This document shows positions 13,486-25,962 of a DNA stretch of 64,000 bases, one piece after another (position 1 is the first letter of the stretch; each line of letters begins with the position of its first letter). The notes under the pieces are model-generated. The model did no database searches, had not been told where the DNA came from, and saw only the letters and a list, made by a program, of their open reading frames with translations. The position numbers were made by a program, and so were the translations under genes. The DNA comes from Gnetum montanum (Eukaryota; Plantae; Gnetophyta): contig MNCI01001305.1 of assembly GCA_015680685.1 (NCBI GenBank), forward strand, positions 328,729-392,728. Reading direction: 5' to 3'.

Positions 13486-16400
13486 ATGTCAAGGAGAAAG
13501 GCTTCCATCATCAAGAACCCTACCTTGGAAGAGGTTAACACTACTAACCAGGACCTCTTTAGTATACCATGGCCAATTATTGTTGAAAGTTCCATCACCA
13601 TCAAGCCTAGGTACACAAATTCTAGCCTTTTGTGTGAAATTTTCCATTGAAACCTAGGCATTTTTTGTTGTAAGGCTTTATGTGTTGGTTGTTTTTGAAT
13701 TCTCTAAAAATTCTACATTAGATCTAGATTATTTCTATGTATTTCTTATGTTGCTTGGGTTGTGGGATTAGTATTTCTAAAATTAAGAAATATTATTTTT
13801 GCTATTTCTAGGTGTTTTTATGTGTTTTGGGGCAAAACAGCAACACCACCTATGTATTTTTTTCATGTTCGAACGATTTATATTTTTTGGTTTTTGTTTT
13901 CATAGGGTTGTATTACTATGTTTAATGGTCAAATGGATTTTTACACCAACTGATTCTAACTCATGTTTAATTCTCTACAAATTTTTCCATAAGACAATGT
14001 ACAATGGGTTTTCAATTTTGGCCAATTTTTATGGTACTTTGAAATATTTTATGTAAAAAATGGTTACTAATTTTTTGGTTTTTATGTTTCAAGGTTTTAT
14101 AATTTTTTTTAATAATTCCAATGGCTATGAAATCATTGAATTTGGATGTGTAGTTCAATTTTGGCAAATTTTTTCCTAACCTCGCGCGAAGTAGGGTTCT
14201 ATTGTTATGATTTGGTTTATGTTACTTTAGCATCATTTCGGCAAAAATAGATAGGAATTTTTATGGTTTATATTTTTAGGTTTTTATTTTATTTTTTAAG
14301 GATTCCAAAAGCTATGGAATCACTAAATATGATTATTTGGTTGATTTTTAGTATATGTTTTGGTAGATTGATGTCAAAGTGTGGTTTTTCCATCATTACA
14401 ATTTACCCCTATGAAGATGGGCAATGTGGGCACTTTAGAAACTTTTTCTAGCCAACATCCCAAGGTCTTGGGGAGACCATAAGATGTTAGGGATGGTTTG
14501 GAAGTTTTTTTTTTTTTTTTCTAAGTTAAAATTTTATTGATAATTGTTACTAGTCATCTATTGTAGTCATTTTCTACAGTTTGGTGTTGTGTTATACTTT
14601 TTGGTGGAATGTTGTCATGGTATTGATTGGTGTTTTAAATTTTTTCTAAGCTTGAAACCTTAGCATAGATGTCAAATACCATTGAATTCTTTGTCTACAT
14701 CATTCCCAACCTTAGAAAAATTTTTAGTTCTAATTTGACATTTTTAGTTAACTGTACACTGTTTTGTACAATTGTAGTTTGGCCATGAAAACTACAAACC
14801 TTCCTATCTGTACAAGCAAAATTGGTGTTTTTTGAGTGTTCTTATGGTTTTTTTTAAGTGTTTATGAAGTTTTTTACATGTTATGTCTTTAGTTCTAAAT
14901 AGTCATTTTGAATTTTTAGAAAATTTCAACTAGCCTTCCTAGAGTTTTTACTATGGCTAATTTCACCATTAACTAGGATACTTACTAAAATTTTGCAAAA
15001 TTCAAATTGGTGTTTGTAACTTTTGTACTTGGTACAAGATACTTTTCATGCTTTTGATGTTTCCACAAAAAATAATTTTTCACTTTTATGCATATCTTAG
15101 CATGAAAACTACCTGTCGTTAGTTATTAGGCCATTTGGTTGTACATGGTTTTTAGTTGAAAATTGGTCCTAGTTTTGATTTTGGTTTTAAGTGTCAATAC
15201 TACAAGCTTGGTTGTTGTGGATTTACATGAAAACATTGATGTTAAATTTGTATTAATTTTGGGCATTTGACATATGGTTATACTTGGCTACGATTGTTTA
15301 TGGTTCTAACTATTATTGTTGTTGTGTGCTAGGCCTTCCTCACGCCCATAGTGGTGGTGATTGATCTAGTGGGATTGCTATGTTGCATTCATACCCTAAG
15401 GCCTAATGCCCCATCTACCCACATGAATTTGGAGCATGGCTCCTTATGGTTTAGGCTAGGGGCACAAGAATTCTTGTCCTTTTACTATAGAAATTTAGTA
15501 TGATGATATGGTCACATTTATCAACCAACACAGCTGCCATCATCATTGAGACCTTGTTGTCCTAGTCATCAAGCTTGATTGCCAAGTTCATAAAAGAAAA
15601 TCCTAAGATATGCGCAAAGGGCAAGGTGCTTGATATCCCTCATAAAAGGAGGACTCATAAGTTGTTCAGGATTTGGAACAAGCTAGATTTTAACTTGTAT
15701 AATGCTAAGAACACTTTACTAGTTGTTCATTAGGCCCATATGTTGTTTCAAAAACCTCCCAGTACTGTTTACGATGTGGAAGGTTAAGCATGATTTTAAG
15801 TTTTTATTTTTGGCTACATTAATTACTAGTTTTACTAGGCCATTTGGTTTTAAATTTTTTCTTAATTGTACTTGTAGGTATAGGATGGATGATAAGGGGT
15901 TCATCAAGAGTAACTAGCTTCTACCCTTGGCCCAAACAAGGTTTTTGCCAAAAGCTCCATAGTGAGGCTTGTGATGGAGGAGCAACTAAGAGGTGACCTA
16001 AGTACACCACATGTTACTCCAAAGCCTACCAACTATGCTTAGACAATGGGATAGCACATGGTTGATGGGCTAAATTAGATCTTACTTGCATACCCATTAA
16101 AGGTCCCCTACAACCTTCTTCTTGCAAGAAAGGTAAGAGTTTTTTTTTTTTTTTTGTTTCCATGTCAATGTTTTCATAGTTGTATAGTCATAGGCTACTT
16201 AAGCTTTAAGTTTCTAAATGGTTTTACTAGTTATGTTTAGCTATAAATTGGTTTTAATGTTGGTATACTTGTTATATTTCTAGTTTTATATGACCATGCC
16301 TAAGTTAATTGACATTTTGTTGTATTGTAGATGTTAGCACCTTCTCCATCATCACACTTGTCATTTCAAGATGCTACAAGAAGACTTTGATCCTCATGTA

Positions 16401-16648
16401 TGGTGAGGCAAATTTGGTGTAGGAGTGGTTCACTAGTCATGTGCTTAAAAAAATCTAAGCAAACATTGCTGACGCAAGTTTACTTGATCTATTCATGGCT
16501 CCTAGCCCCATTGTTCATACCCTCAATATGGCGAACATCAACAACTCCTTTGACTAAAGAGTGAAGAAGTTTAGCACCCAAGTTCATGGTGTGCCTATCA
16601 CGCTCGCTAAGTGGAACTGCTCCTCAACCCCCTCTAGTAGCCCCTTAA
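13486..16648 (+). pseudogene. Antisense multi-exon gene inside the C spacer, encoding an FCP1/NIF-like (HAD, CTD-phosphatase-like) domain; degenerate
   Basis: Exon 15333-15782 translates AFLTPIVVVIDLVGLL…WFRLGAQEFLSFYY/KFSMMIWS…KLFRIWNKLDFNLYNAKNTLLVVH*AHMLFQKPP. T-rich GT-AG introns at 15783-15877 and ~16133-16330. Ends GTAPQPPLVAP* at 16648. The first exon (13486-13610) is tentative. Confidence 0.7.
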
Positions 16649-16929
16649 TACCATCTATCGGTCATTGCCTATGATTCTTTCATTTGCTATGGTTGATGAT
16701 ATTGTTGATGTTGTGGTGTAATGGCTAGTATTAACCATTTGATTAGTTGATAGACAACTTATTGTTTCATGTATTGTTTAAAATTTTATCACGCTATGTG
16801 ACAACATTTAAACTACTATTATTTTAAGTTTTAATTTTGGTTTACACATTCTAGTGTTTTAAGTTTTATATTAGGAAACGTGTATGACCTACTTTGCATA
16901 ATTTTTTATTCCCCATTTTCTTCACTCAC

Positions 16930-19900
16930 ATTGTTGAAGGGGAGCTCTTTCCATGATGCATTCGTTGCCCCATTGTTCTTGGTCTTGACCACTTCTGCTC
17001 TCTTAGGCTTCTTAACTTTGTGGCTAATAGTAGGATTTTCTTTTTGAAACTCTACTTCGGATCCTTATTCAATGTCAATGTTGTTGACTACCAAGGGAAC
17101 TACACTATCATCATGGATGATGATCTCACTTCCCTAGTAAGGCATGTGAATTTCTTAGTGAATTGGTGAGGAAAAGCTTATAATTGAGCTAACCAAGGCA
17201 TTCCCAAGATAAGGTTGAACCTAATGTTTCCTCCACTAGCAAGAAATTGGTCATTATGAGGAACTATTCCCCTACCACAAAATTTAAATAAATTAAGTCT
17301 TTTATGGCTACTTGAGATCTATTAAAGGATGTTGTTGATGTATGTTGCATTTTTTCAATCAGGCCTAGACATTCTACAATGGTATAAGATATTATGTTTA
17401 TTGCAACTCCATCATCAACATGCACTCTATGCACTTTATATTGTCCTACCTTGATGGTTATGAATAGGGGAGCCTTAGTTGTCTCACCATCTTGAAAATT
17501 GGTTTTGACTTCACTATCATGAAACACTAGCACCATTGACCTTGTTTCTTCCTTTGGTGAAGGTGGTACCATCATTGCATGAATGCACTCTTAACTAGAG
17601 AGGATATCCTCACTAGCAAGAATAGAGGTCAACATCTTAACTAATGCTTCATGATGTGTAGTGGAAGTCATCACAAGGTCATACAAGTTAAGAGAGCTGT
17701 TCTTTTGTTTTAGCGACTATATGACTTGTTTCATCACATTGACAAGGTTCCTATCATTAGTTGTAGGCTTTTCATTCTTAGGGTTCTTGACTTTCTCTAT
17801 GCATCCCAAGATGTGAACTTCATGCTTCAAAGGTTGTTTCGTTTCATTACCCTTCTTTTTCAATTTGGGATCCTCTCATGGTTGACTAGTTGAGGCAGCT
17901 TAAGCATCAAAATTCATTAGAACAAACGAGATGGGAGTAGGCTTTACTGGGCTTACTCTCTTTCATATATTCACCTATTTTATATCATTGTTCTTAGGAT
18001 TTGGTTTAGGCTTCTTATGTCATTTTCTTTTTATTTTTTTTATTATTTTCTGTTGGTTACCAATAAGGTGTTGTGTTGGCCACTATGGGAGGATGCTTAT
18101 CGATTGTAGGGGCAGGATTGGTTTTGGCTTTGATGGAAGGGGACACACTAATCATAAAAGGATCCCTACAAGGTGTGGATAATGGTATCCTTACAAAAAA
18201 AGGGAGCGTTAAGCTAGGTGAAGTTGAAGTGCCCCTATCATTGCAAGGATGTACTTGAATCACAAATAGCTCTTGCGCAGGTCTGGAGTTGTTGGTTACA
18301 TTAAATGTCATGATAATGTATGGACTATTTTTATGATCAATGAGTCCTTGTAGACTTGCATGGATTGATTTTATGTTTTGATTGAGTTTGAAGCATCAAG
18401 GAACAATTCATCCTTCTCTATCATCTTCTGCAAGTCAACCTTGAGCACTAGGAAAAAGTCAGTGGCATGACCTGGCAATTGATGGTAGTGGTAAAAATGG
18501 TCAAGTTTGAAGTATTTAGGTACTGAGGGATCATCCTTGGTTGCAAGAGTGGAATTTTTTGCTATCTCACATAACCTATCATGTTTTTTATGGGCTTTCT
18601 TCATCACTTTTTTGTATTGTATCCTCCCACTCTTCAATAGTTGATCAAGGAGTTCTGTTGGTTTTAATGGAAACCTAGTATACTTCAACTAGTGTTCAAG
18701 TTTAAAGTTAGGCCTCATGGTAGTTGATGCAAAGTTCCCAAACATCAAAGATTGATTGTTGATGGCAAGGACCTTAGGTTGATTAGTCTTATGTTCCTAT
18801 GTGATTATTTTGTTATTGTCTTTGGCCACTATGGCCATGGTTGTGTTGTTTTGCCTCCCCCTTCTCTTATCTTTTCATGTGTGTTGGTTTTTCAATGCCA
18901 CATAAGTAGGGTAATGACTAGCCTCAGCCACATCCTCTATGTTCTTCATTTGGAAAAATGCTTGGCTAACTAACCATGGATTGAGGTACTATAGTTTCAA
19001 CTTAACAAAGTAATTAACTACCCTCTTGAATATGATGAGAAGGCATGTTTCGGCTATAGGTTTTGGAATCTTGTTAAGAAGATCATTCCATCATTGTATG
19101 AATTTTTTCATAGGCCCAAGGATGCCCAAGGGATCCTTGCTTAACCTTAATTAGTTGATCAAGAGTCATGTCAAGTTTATAATTATACTTGAAATGGTTA
19201 ACAAACTGTGAAATTAAGTCTTCAAGAGAGGATATGGATCCTCTCAATAATGCATAGTAGTAGTCCAAGGCTTTTCCCATTAGAGACATAGGGAAACTCC
19301 ACATTGTGGTATGTGGCTAGGCTTGCAATAATAGACATTTAAAATGCAAGGTTATGAGGTGGCATTCAGGTCACCTTCACCATTGTACTTGGTGAATTGG
19401 GAAATGGGTATGCCCTATGGAAGAGTTATCAATGGGACTGTAGGATTGATCGGATCATCTTGATAGAAATCCATTATCTTCACAGTCCAGCTTGTGGAAG
19501 CTTTAAGCTTCCATAACTCTTTTGTCAAGTCTTGGATCATCTAGAATGCTTGATCAAATCCTTGGGGTATTCTTGTAAATGATGATGTTTGCATGAATAT
19601 TTGAGGGATTAGTTGAAAGACTTATGACCTCACTATGGGCTATGGTATGGAAGCGAGAGGCTGGGTTATGATGGTCATAGATGGGCTAAACAACTAGAAG
19701 GATGTTTGTGCCGAAGCTTAAGGCAAAAAGGGAACAAATGGTATTTGTGCTCCTTGGATCATTTATGATCGTGTTGTAAGGCCCACTAGTACGAAAAAGG
19801 GATGAGAAGTGGTGAGAACCACCAATGAGGATCGTGCAAACCAAGGTTGCATGGTGAAAGACATGGACAAAAATAGGGAGGTTGTTTGGGGCACAGACTA

Positions 19901-20420
19901 TGCCTGATGGACTGCTATAATAGGTGCTAACCCAAACATGGTTTGGTATATAAGAGATGATGATTGAGATGCCTTTCCCATGGAAGAGACAAGTGGAGCT
20001 GAAGTGGACATGGTACTTTCAGGGGCTAATTGTTGGAATAGGTCTCCTATGAAGGTCTCTAGTTTAGGCTTTACCTCAAACTCATCGTGCTCTTCATGTT
20101 GGCTCTCCAAGCTCGATTTGCATCTTGCTTATCCATCTTAATTAACTGAGAAATTATACATGCATGGATGAAATTCAAGGGTATTTTATCATAGCAAGAG
20201 GGTATGTACTCTTTTCCACTGCAATGGATTAACTCATATTTACACTTGGCTTCAGTCTCTACACTTGGAAGGAGTAATTAGTGCTCTTCATTGAGCACCA
20301 CAAATGTTGGGCTTTAGCCTCCTCGTCTAAGCAATTGTCTATGCTCAGTCATAGCAAGGTCTCTAGGATCATAGATCCTCACTCCATCTTGGCCAAATTT
20401 CATGTTGGTCATGTCAATGG
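16930..20420 (-). pseudogene. Degenerate gag-protease of element C
   Basis: FPMSLMGKALDYYYALLRGSISSLEDLISQFVNHFKYNY (19083-19304); YHYHQLPGHATDFFLVLK (18371-18688); protease PLFITIKVGQYKVHRVHVDDGVAINIIS (17264-17575). Confidence 0.9.
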
Positions 20421-20649
20421 ACAAAATAGTGCACTTACCAAAAGACATTATCAAAAATGTTGATTTTGACTTCTTACTATTTTTGTTAAAAATTTTAGTA
20501 AGTTGGGATTGCCCAATAGTGTAGTTCACTATAAATGGAAAAAAGTAGTTGAAAGTGTTATTGAAATATAAATGATGTACACCACCCTTTAGAAAAAATG
20601 GTGTGGTATTAAAGCTGGTAAAACCAACTATGCTAGTTTTCCTAGTGTT

Positions 20650-21934
20650 GTCTATGTTGAAGATGTGCAGTAGACCATAGTATTTTCCAGGCAACTACAT
20701 TACTGTAGATGGTGGAAAATGAATTTTCACTTGGGAAAACCTAAATGGAGTTCATGTGGGGGATGGTCAAAGACATGATCGATCAATTGCAAAAAATTAC
20801 TTTCGATGTTGGTAAGAACCTTAGCTTATTTTACTTTTCATTGTCTTATTATTTTTGCATTTTTGTTTCATGTGGGTTGTATGGTTATATGACTTAGCGG
20901 TTTGAACCATTTATGTTAGTTGTGTTGCTTGCAGTGTCAAAGGTTGGATGGGATTCTAACCATGTCATTAAAATTGATGAACTTCCCAGCCTACCACCTA
21001 AAGTAGAAAATGTTCCACAAAGGTTATATGAAAGTGCAAATAAATGTGCACTCTCATATTGTAGAACCTCATGGGAATGCCAATGTTCCAATGAGTTCCT
21101 ATGGGAACGAGTTGTACAGTTGGATAGGAAAAATAAGAAATAGGCAAAGGAGATTAAAGATCTCAAGGATCGTAAGGAGTTTGTGGAAGCCCAAGTGGCA
21201 AACAGGGACTCCTTGCAAACCAAAGAGATCAAATGGGTGCAGTATTGGAATGCCATCCATGATAAGGTTGCCTTTACTAGGAGCCTTATAAAGCAAAAGT
21301 TACAGATGAACGTGTTGGCTTGTAAGGCTAGGGAGTGGAGGGACTATTGTGCTTGGGTTCTTAAGTAGGATTGGGCACAAAAGGACCATAACAAGAAGTA
21401 TAAGGTCAAACAAGAGAGTTATCTAAAATTGCTACAGGAGGAGTTATCAAGCGTTGCAAGTTAGATCTATTCATGAAGGTAATCAACTCCAACGATGCCT
21501 TCAAGCTATTTAAAAGCTCTTAGGTGATGGCTGATTTTCCAACTCCTTAGGTCACTACCACTTCCGAGAAGATGACCATTGCTACATTTTCATGGGATCC
21601 ACCCACATGGATGAATATTAATGAGAGTAACATCTTGACTAACATTATTCTTGGAAAAGTGGATTGGGCCCACATGATCGAAGATAAAATTTCCATCATC
21701 TAGAGGTTGCTCTTCAGAGCTTCTTCACAAAAGATACTGCTCCCAAGTCTTCCTAGGTTTGCTTATTTTTTAATTAATTTTTTATATTTTAGTTTAGTTC
21801 AATTTGTGATTTGATTATGTTGATTTCTAATTAGACCTTTGTTTTTATGATTGGTACAAGCACCAGGTGATGGTAGTGGCCCCAATGGTGATCACATTGG
21901 AGATGCTCCTCCTCCCCCTTTAGTTGCACCTTAG
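20650..21934 (+). pseudogene. 3' half of the antisense spliced gene in the G spacer (coiled-coil exon plus Pro-rich last exon)
   Basis: Introns 20812-20934 (GTAAGA…TGCAG) and 21757-~21866. Exon from 20935 encodes …EFLWERVVQLDRKNKK*AKEIKDLKDRKEFVEAQV…. Last exon GDAPPPPLVAP* and its 3' flank match 16615-16870. Confidence 0.65.
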
Positions 21935-22271
21935 TTTCATCAATTGGATCATGTCTTTAGTTTATTTTTGTTATTAATGCTATTATGGTGTTATGGCTAG
22001 TCTTATCTATTGTTATTACAAGACTATTATTTTTTTAATTTTTTTTTATGTTATTGCTACACAGTGTAGCTATGGTTGTTGGACTTCTATTTATTTTTTA
22101 TGTCATTGTTGATTAAAATCTTGTCACACTTTATGACTATGGCTACAGGTTATAAAAATTTTGGTTATTATTATTTTTAAAATTTTAATCTTGTTTATAT
22201 ATTCTAGCATTTTTAGTTTTATGCATCTTATGGATTTCATGCATAAAATATAAATATATCATAAAGGTATT

Positions 22272-22533
22272 TTTCCAGTTTTAGGCCATGACAAGCTATA
22301 CGCGTTGCCAGTTTTAGGCCATGGTGGGCCATGCATTGTCAGTTTTAGACAGTGATGGGCCACGATGTTTTGCCAATTTTAGGCCATAGCGAGCAGTGAC
22401 ATTTTTTCAATTTTAGGCCATACTAGGCCATGACATTTTGCTGATTTTAAGCCATAGTGGGTTGTGACGTTGCTAGTTTTCAACCTTAGCAAGCTATGAC
22501 ATTACCAGTTTTAGGGCTTAGTTGGCTATGATG
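22272..22533. repeat. Tandem array of about eight 30-34-bp units with core GCCAGTTTTAGGCC
   Basis: Direct reading: CCAGTTTTAGGCCATGACAAGC…, GCCAGTTTTAGGCCATGGTGGGCC…, GCCAATTTTAGGCCATAGCGAGC…. Confidence 0.85.
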
Positions 22534-24259
22534 TTTGAAAGAAAAAAATTTTATAAGTTTTATGTTTTAAAATTTTTATACATTTTTCAAGTTTAAAAAT
22601 TTTATGGTATTTTTAGGTTTTATGTTTTAAAATAGAAAAGGCATAAAAAGGGAAATTGTAAACAAGAATGAACTATAGGCTACATGCAACATAAAGTTAA
22701 AACAAGGCAAAGCATGATAATGTAAAGTGGTGCATGTAAATAATGTTTAAACTAAGCAAAGAAAGAAAAATGAAGGTTACATAGTTGTGGACATGAGGGA
22801 AAGCAAATAAGAAGCATACTTCAATTGTGCAAGTGTTTCCTAATCTTTGAAAGATTAGTAAAGGTGTAGGGTCTATGTTGCATGATCTTGTATTTTTTGT
22901 TTCCCTCACTAACCACATCAAAGGGGATCTCTTTCCATGGTGCATCCAAGGTTTCATTGTTATTTTATTTGGCCTCTTCTGCTTAATCAGGCCTCTGGAC
23001 TTCGTCATTCATAGTAGGAGTTTCTTCTTGAAACTCCACTTTAGACCCTTATTCTATGTTAATGTTGTTGACTACTAAGGGGACTACACTATCTCCATGG
23101 ATAATTATTTCATCTCCCTCACAAAGAAGATGAATTTCTTGATGGATAGGTGAGGAAACAACTCGTAACTAAGTTAGCCAAGGCCTCCCCACAATGAGAT
23201 TGAATTCTTGTGTCTCTTTCATTACCAAGAAATTGGCTATTATGAGGAATTATTTTCCTACTACAAAGTGCAAGGATATTGAGCCTTTGATTAAGGCTCG
23301 AGATCCATTAAATAATTTGACAGTAGCAATTGAGGTATGTTACATGTCTTCCATAAGACCAAATCATTCAACAATGATATAGGGTATAACATTAGTGTGC
23401 ACCCCACCACCCCCCACCCCCCCACCCCCCCAAATCATCCATGTGTACCCTATGTACCTTGTATTGCCCCACTCTTATTGTTATAAAAAGAGAGGCCTAG
23501 TTTGTCTCGCCATCTTGGGGATTAGTCTTAACTTCACTGTCACAAAACACTAGTGTTGTTAACTTCATTTTTTCCCTTGGTGAAAGTGCTACATCACCAT
23601 GTGGATGGACTCTTCACTAGCAAGGATGTCCTTGCTGATAGGAATTAACATTAGCATTTTTACTAGTACCTCACAATGGGTAGCTAAAGTTATTACTAGG
23701 TAATAATGGCTAAGGGAGGTGTTCTTCTATTTTAGAGACTACTTAACCTATTCCATGGCATTGAGGAAGTCTTTATCATTAGTTGTTGACTTCTCATTAT
23801 TGTTGATCTTGACTTCCTCCATGCATCCTAGGATGCAAACTTCATGTTTTAATGATTATGGTTTGGCACCTTTTCCCTTCCCTTGTGACTTGGGATCCTC
23901 CCTTGGTTCACTAGTTGAAGTAGCCTAAGCATTAGATCTTATGGGGATGGTTGAGATGGGAGTGGGCTTTTGTGGGTCCACTTCCTTCCATGCCTTGGCC
24001 TGCTTGTTATCTTTGTTCTTGGGCTTTAACATGGACTTCTTACATTGTTTGGTTAGTGATTTCTTGTTGTTGGGCTATGAAGAAGTCATTGCATTAGCCA
24101 TCACAAGAGGATGTTACTTAGTTCTAGTTTTTGATTTGGTTGCAATGGGAGGGGGCACTCTAATCACAAAAGATTCCTTTGAAGGTGTTGATGATGGTAT
24201 GATTACAAAAAAATGAGGCCTTAAGATAGAAAAAGTTGAAGAGACACTTTTGTTGCAAA

Positions 24260-25962
24260 TGTTGGAGCTGAAAATCTCAGTTGTTGTAATGGGAAAATCA
24301 AAAGATCTGAGTGCTAGAACAACTTTAACTCTAAATTTTAAGGGTCTCTAGAAAATGAAACTTGGGGTACCCTAGATCATCTTGTCGATCACCCAAGGAC
24401 TTATGGAATGTAAAATGGAAATGATTTTGGAATTGTAAACATGACCGAAAATGTAAACAGAAATGGCCTACTAGAAATAGAAATGTAAATAGAAATGGCC
24501 TACTAAAAATAGGAACATAAATAAAAATGGCCTATTAGAAATGGAAATGGAAATGGAATCTCAGTCATAGAAATAGGTGCAACAACAAAAATGGAAACCA
24601 AAACTTGCATAACATGAATAACCAAATTTATATAAAAAATATAAAAGAATTGGGTTCACAATGTATAGGTTTGTGCCAAGGGCACAAGAAGTTGCTTGTT
24701 GAAGCTTGAAGTCCATTGGAGAGGGCTACCTTCATGATCTGGTTTCTTCTCAATTTTTGCCTACTACAACCTTCTATTAATTTCCACCAAATCTACAACA
24801 TGGAAATGGGATTGGATTTATACTTTCAATGCAAGCATAGTTATTTGGGGGTGTCCATGCCTAGCATATTGCTAGTTTCTGGTGCCAAAAGTGTAGTGGG
24901 ATTGCAAAAATGATTATGACCAAAGGAAAATGGTGTTAGTGCCAATGGTTATGGAAATGCCAAAATGCCCAAAGCACCAAAGTTTGGAATAGGTGTGAAT
25001 GTCAAAAATGCCAAAAGTTGGAAACCTAAAAATGATGTCAATGTTGGGTTTTTATAGGTTTAGGGTTACCATTTTTGGGTCTACTATTCATTGCCATTGA
25101 CTGCTAACAAATTGGCATTGATTATGGGTTTGCAATGGTCACTACTGCTAGTGCAGTTGCTATTTGTCATAAGTCCGAAATGGACTACACTCACAAAACC
25201 CATCCATTTACCATAAATAGTAAATGAACTTTTGTAACTACGCTAGTAGTGCTTTGGCTACACTAGTGGTGATCAACAATCGTCTACTGTCAACATAGTT
25301 GCCTTTTATAGTAAGTCTAGAATGGGTTATAACCACAAAACCAATCTGTTAACTATAAATAATAAATGGACTTTTGTAACTATGCTGGAACCATTCTTAC
25401 TATGCTAGCCTCAGTAGACTACATTGAAGGTGTTGAAAATGGAAAATGTGGAAAAATTTGAAAATTGCAAAAATGGTGGAATTTGTTGGAAAGTATCGTG
25501 CCTAGTAAAGACTGTTGTCTACACTAGCCATTGCTAACTTGAAGTGACTACGTTGGCTAGTTTTGGAAAATTAGAAATTCCAACAATCCTCATGTTGCAC
25601 TTCTAGTCGATCTTTGTAGTGACTACGCTAGCTACTATGAGTACTAAAAGTGTAGTTCCAATGACTACTAAAAATGGCTCCAACATAGTTGGGCTTATAC
25701 CCCTATAAAAACCCATGAAATTTTTTTTTTTTAGGAATTTCAAAGACATTTTTTGCCTTCCCAAGCCAAAATATGAACATGGGATGGGATACCTTTTTCT
25801 ACTTAGGAAACAAGAAAATAACAACTTTTGAAGCATTTTTTGGCTTCAAAAAGCTAAAGTATGTATGATTGTAGTTCAAAGATTACATATCTCACATTTA
25901 CAATGAATGCTTACCTCAAGTTGGGAAATGAAGGTTGCAGCATGAAATTTGGTAGTGTTTCA
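24260..25962 (-). repeat. 3' LTR of element E
   Basis: TGTTGGAGCT…GTGTTTCA; direct repeat of 49699-51429; preceded by a PPT. Confidence 0.9.

Larger units (their letters stand above)
10229..16929 (-). other. Putative Ogre-type intron/spacer between protease and RT of element C
   Basis: Donor AAT|GTGAGT at 16929 directly after …SWKELPFNN. Pyrimidine tract plus CCTAG acceptor at 10229 (alternative at 10202). Homologous donor at 22913 and acceptor region at 29940-29973. Confidence 0.55.
7489..20640 (-). mobile_element. Ogre/Tat-like element C: gag-PR, ~6.7-kb spacer with antisense gene, then RT-RH-aRH-INT; no LTRs visible
   Basis: Domains are collinear on the minus strand with no intervening LTR. 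The left end is cut by B; the right end abuts G sequence near 20640. Confidence 0.7.
20640..24259 (-). mobile_element. Element G, left part: protease (~23800-22914), splice donor 22913, spacer with array and antisense gene 3' half
   Basis: Collinear with C 16750-18250 (…PWKEIPFDV|GTTAGT). Continues at 51430 once element E is removed. Confidence 0.8.

Noticed and set aside
22272-22533. CRISPR-like repeat/spacer appearance (also 26570-26752)
   Set aside because: The variable halves resemble each other, the units are only ~30 bp, there are no cas genes, and the context is a plant retrotransposon.
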